DNA of 44,509 nucleotides from Escherichia phage JSSK01: sequence record OQ442786; one strand, 5' to 3'. Shown piece by piece: positions 43,477 to 44,509 of this stretch (position 1 is its first letter; each line of letters starts with the position of its first letter). The notes under the pieces were generated by a model. It saw only the letters and a program-made list of their open reading frames with translations, ran no database searches and was not told where the DNA came from. The position numbers and the translations under genes were made by a program.

Positions 43477-43785
43477 TTGGATAAATTTACTGAAACAGTG
43501 ACAGGCTGGCTTCTCGCCGCCGCGCTAGCCGGAGGGGTAATCGGACTACGACAACATAAGTCCGCTATTTCTGGCCCTATCGACGGCTTCTGCTTCATCG
43601 CTACTGGTTTCGCCTGCGCCGTATTTGGCGCACCTCTCGCAGCTCAATGGTTCGGTATCACGGGCGACCGTGAAATCGCTGGGTTGGGCTTCATTATTGC
43701 TATTCTCTGGATGCCTATTTATTCCCGTCTCTCCGGTATCGTCGCCGGAGAATACATCTCACGTCGAGGAGGCCCAGATGAATGA
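43477..43785 (+). CDS. holin-like membrane protein (three predicted TM helices)
   Basis: TTG start 6 nt after GGAGGA SD; three hydrophobic segments and charged C-terminus; directly upstream of endolysin. Confidence 0.55.
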   Translation: MDKFTETVTGWLLAAALAGGVIGLRQHKSAISGPIDGFCFIATGFACAVFGAPLAAQWFGITGDREIAGLGFIIAILWMPIYSRLSGIVAGEYISRRGGPDE

Positions 43786-44050
43786 ATTATTCTGGTTCGG
43801 CGGTATGCTGGCAATCGGAGGCACATCGCTGTTTAATGTGTACCATCCCAGTGTGGACGACGGATTATTTGGTCGGGTGCTTTATATCCTGACTGCTATC
43901 GTCTGCGCCGCTGGATGTATCCACCTGTTACAGGGCAGCATGTCACCCACGTTGCCAGAGACATTAATCACATTAGTTGCGCTGCGCCAGATTCGCCAGG
44001 CGTGGCTGTCATACGGAGGACATAAGCGTGTCTCGAAACATTTCAGATAA
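43778..44050 (+). CDS. second lysis-cassette membrane protein (two predicted TM helices; holin/antiholin-like)
   Basis: ATG after GAGGAGG SD overlapping upstream stop; two hydrophobic helices. Confidence 0.45.
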   Translation: MNELFWFGGMLAIGGTSLFNVYHPSVDDGLFGRVLYILTAIVCAAGCIHLLQGSMSPTLPETLITLVALRQIRQAWLSYGGHKRVSKHFR

Positions 44051-44509
44051 TGGATTGCATTTTACCGCCGCATTTGAGGGATTCCGCGGAACTGCGTATC
44101 GTGCTACGCCGAACGAGAAGTACCTGACTATTGGCTACGGAAGCTATGGTCCGCATGTTAAGGCGGGGCAGACTATCACCCCCGGGCAAGGCCTCCTGTT
44201 ACTGAACCGTGATATGGCTAAAGCCGTAGCTGCGGTTGGCGCGGCTGCACACCATTCGCTGACGCAGGCGCAGTTTGATGCTGTTTGCGACCTGGTCTAT
44301 AACGCGGGCGCTGGCGTGATTGCTGCTACTACGGGCACGGGTAAGGCGCTGCGTTCTGGTGATATCACGACGCTGCGGGCTAAGCTGGCGCTGTTCATCA
44401 ACCAGAATGGTAAACCGTTACTTGGTCTGCGTCGCCGTACTGCGGGTCGTCTGGCGTTGTTCGACGGTAAACAGTGGCAGGAGGCGGAGGCTATCGGGAG
44501 GGCTGTTAA
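44028..44509 (+). CDS. endolysin, T4-lysozyme-like (GH24) fold, 3' end truncated by window
   Basis: GTG start after GGAGGA SD; FEGFRGTAYRA...TIGYG resembles the phage lysozyme catalytic region; ORF runs off the window end. Confidence 0.7.
   Translation, partial: MSRNISDNGLHFTAAFEGFRGTAYRATPNEKYLTIGYGSYGPHVKAGQTITPGQGLLLLNRDMAKAVAAVGAAAHHSLTQAQFDAVCDLVYNAGAGVIAATTGTGKALRSGDITTLRAKLALFINQNGKPLLGLRRRTAGRLALFDGKQWQEAEAIGRAV

Noticed and set aside
1-44509. Looked for integrase, transposase or IS elements, attachment sites, reverse transcriptase, CRISPR repeats and rRNA
   Set aside because: No recombinase-like ORF (no conserved R-H-R-Y or DDE block seen), no regularly spaced repeats, no rRNA-like segment; the element looks like a virulent phage genome, not a mobile island or prophage end.

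Overview
No database search or computation was run; every call below comes from reading the sequence and the six-frame ORF track by eye. The window reads as a near-complete genome of a tailed dsDNA phage (long non-contractile tail, lambda-like tail gene order) of a Gram-negative, enterobacteria-like host. Plus strand, left to right: control region with tandem promoters and terminators (1-349); about 13 tiny translationally coupled early ORFs (350-2655); terminase small and large subunits (2777-4550); portal; Mu-F-like head morphogenesis protein; an Rz/Rz1-type embedded spanin pair (7961-8456); scaffold; major capsid protein (9243-10292); Ig-like decoration protein; connector and tail-completion proteins; major tail protein (13205-14377); tail chaperone with a -1 frameshift (16952-17736); tape measure (17714-20002); tail-tip proteins; and a 984-aa tailspike with a C-terminal self-cleaving chaperone domain (23938-26892). 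Minus strand: replication module (26921-39620) with Toprim protein, SNF2-like helicase, a small C5-methyltransferase-like protein, VRR-NUC nuclease, family A DNA polymerase, gp2.5-like SSB, PD-(D/E)XK exonuclease, primase-helicase and HTH regulators. Plus strand again at the right end: a second early block (40102-43401) and a lysis cassette (holin-like protein, second membrane protein, endolysin cut by the window end). The most unusual element is a 2.4 kb opposite-strand accessory operon (14406-16784) between the major tail and tail-chaperone genes: a superinfection-immunity-like membrane peptide, an HTH-fused calcineurin-like metallophosphoesterase, a DUF3310-like protein and a Rha/KilAC antirepressor-like protein. 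Also notable are two families of near-identical promoter cassettes and two ORF-poor promoter-to-terminator units that may be small RNAs. No integrase, transposase, reverse transcriptase, tRNA, rRNA or CRISPR array was seen. CDS coordinates come from the ORF track (some starts reassigned by codon arithmetic); promoter, terminator and repeat coordinates were hand-counted and may be off by 1-3 nt.
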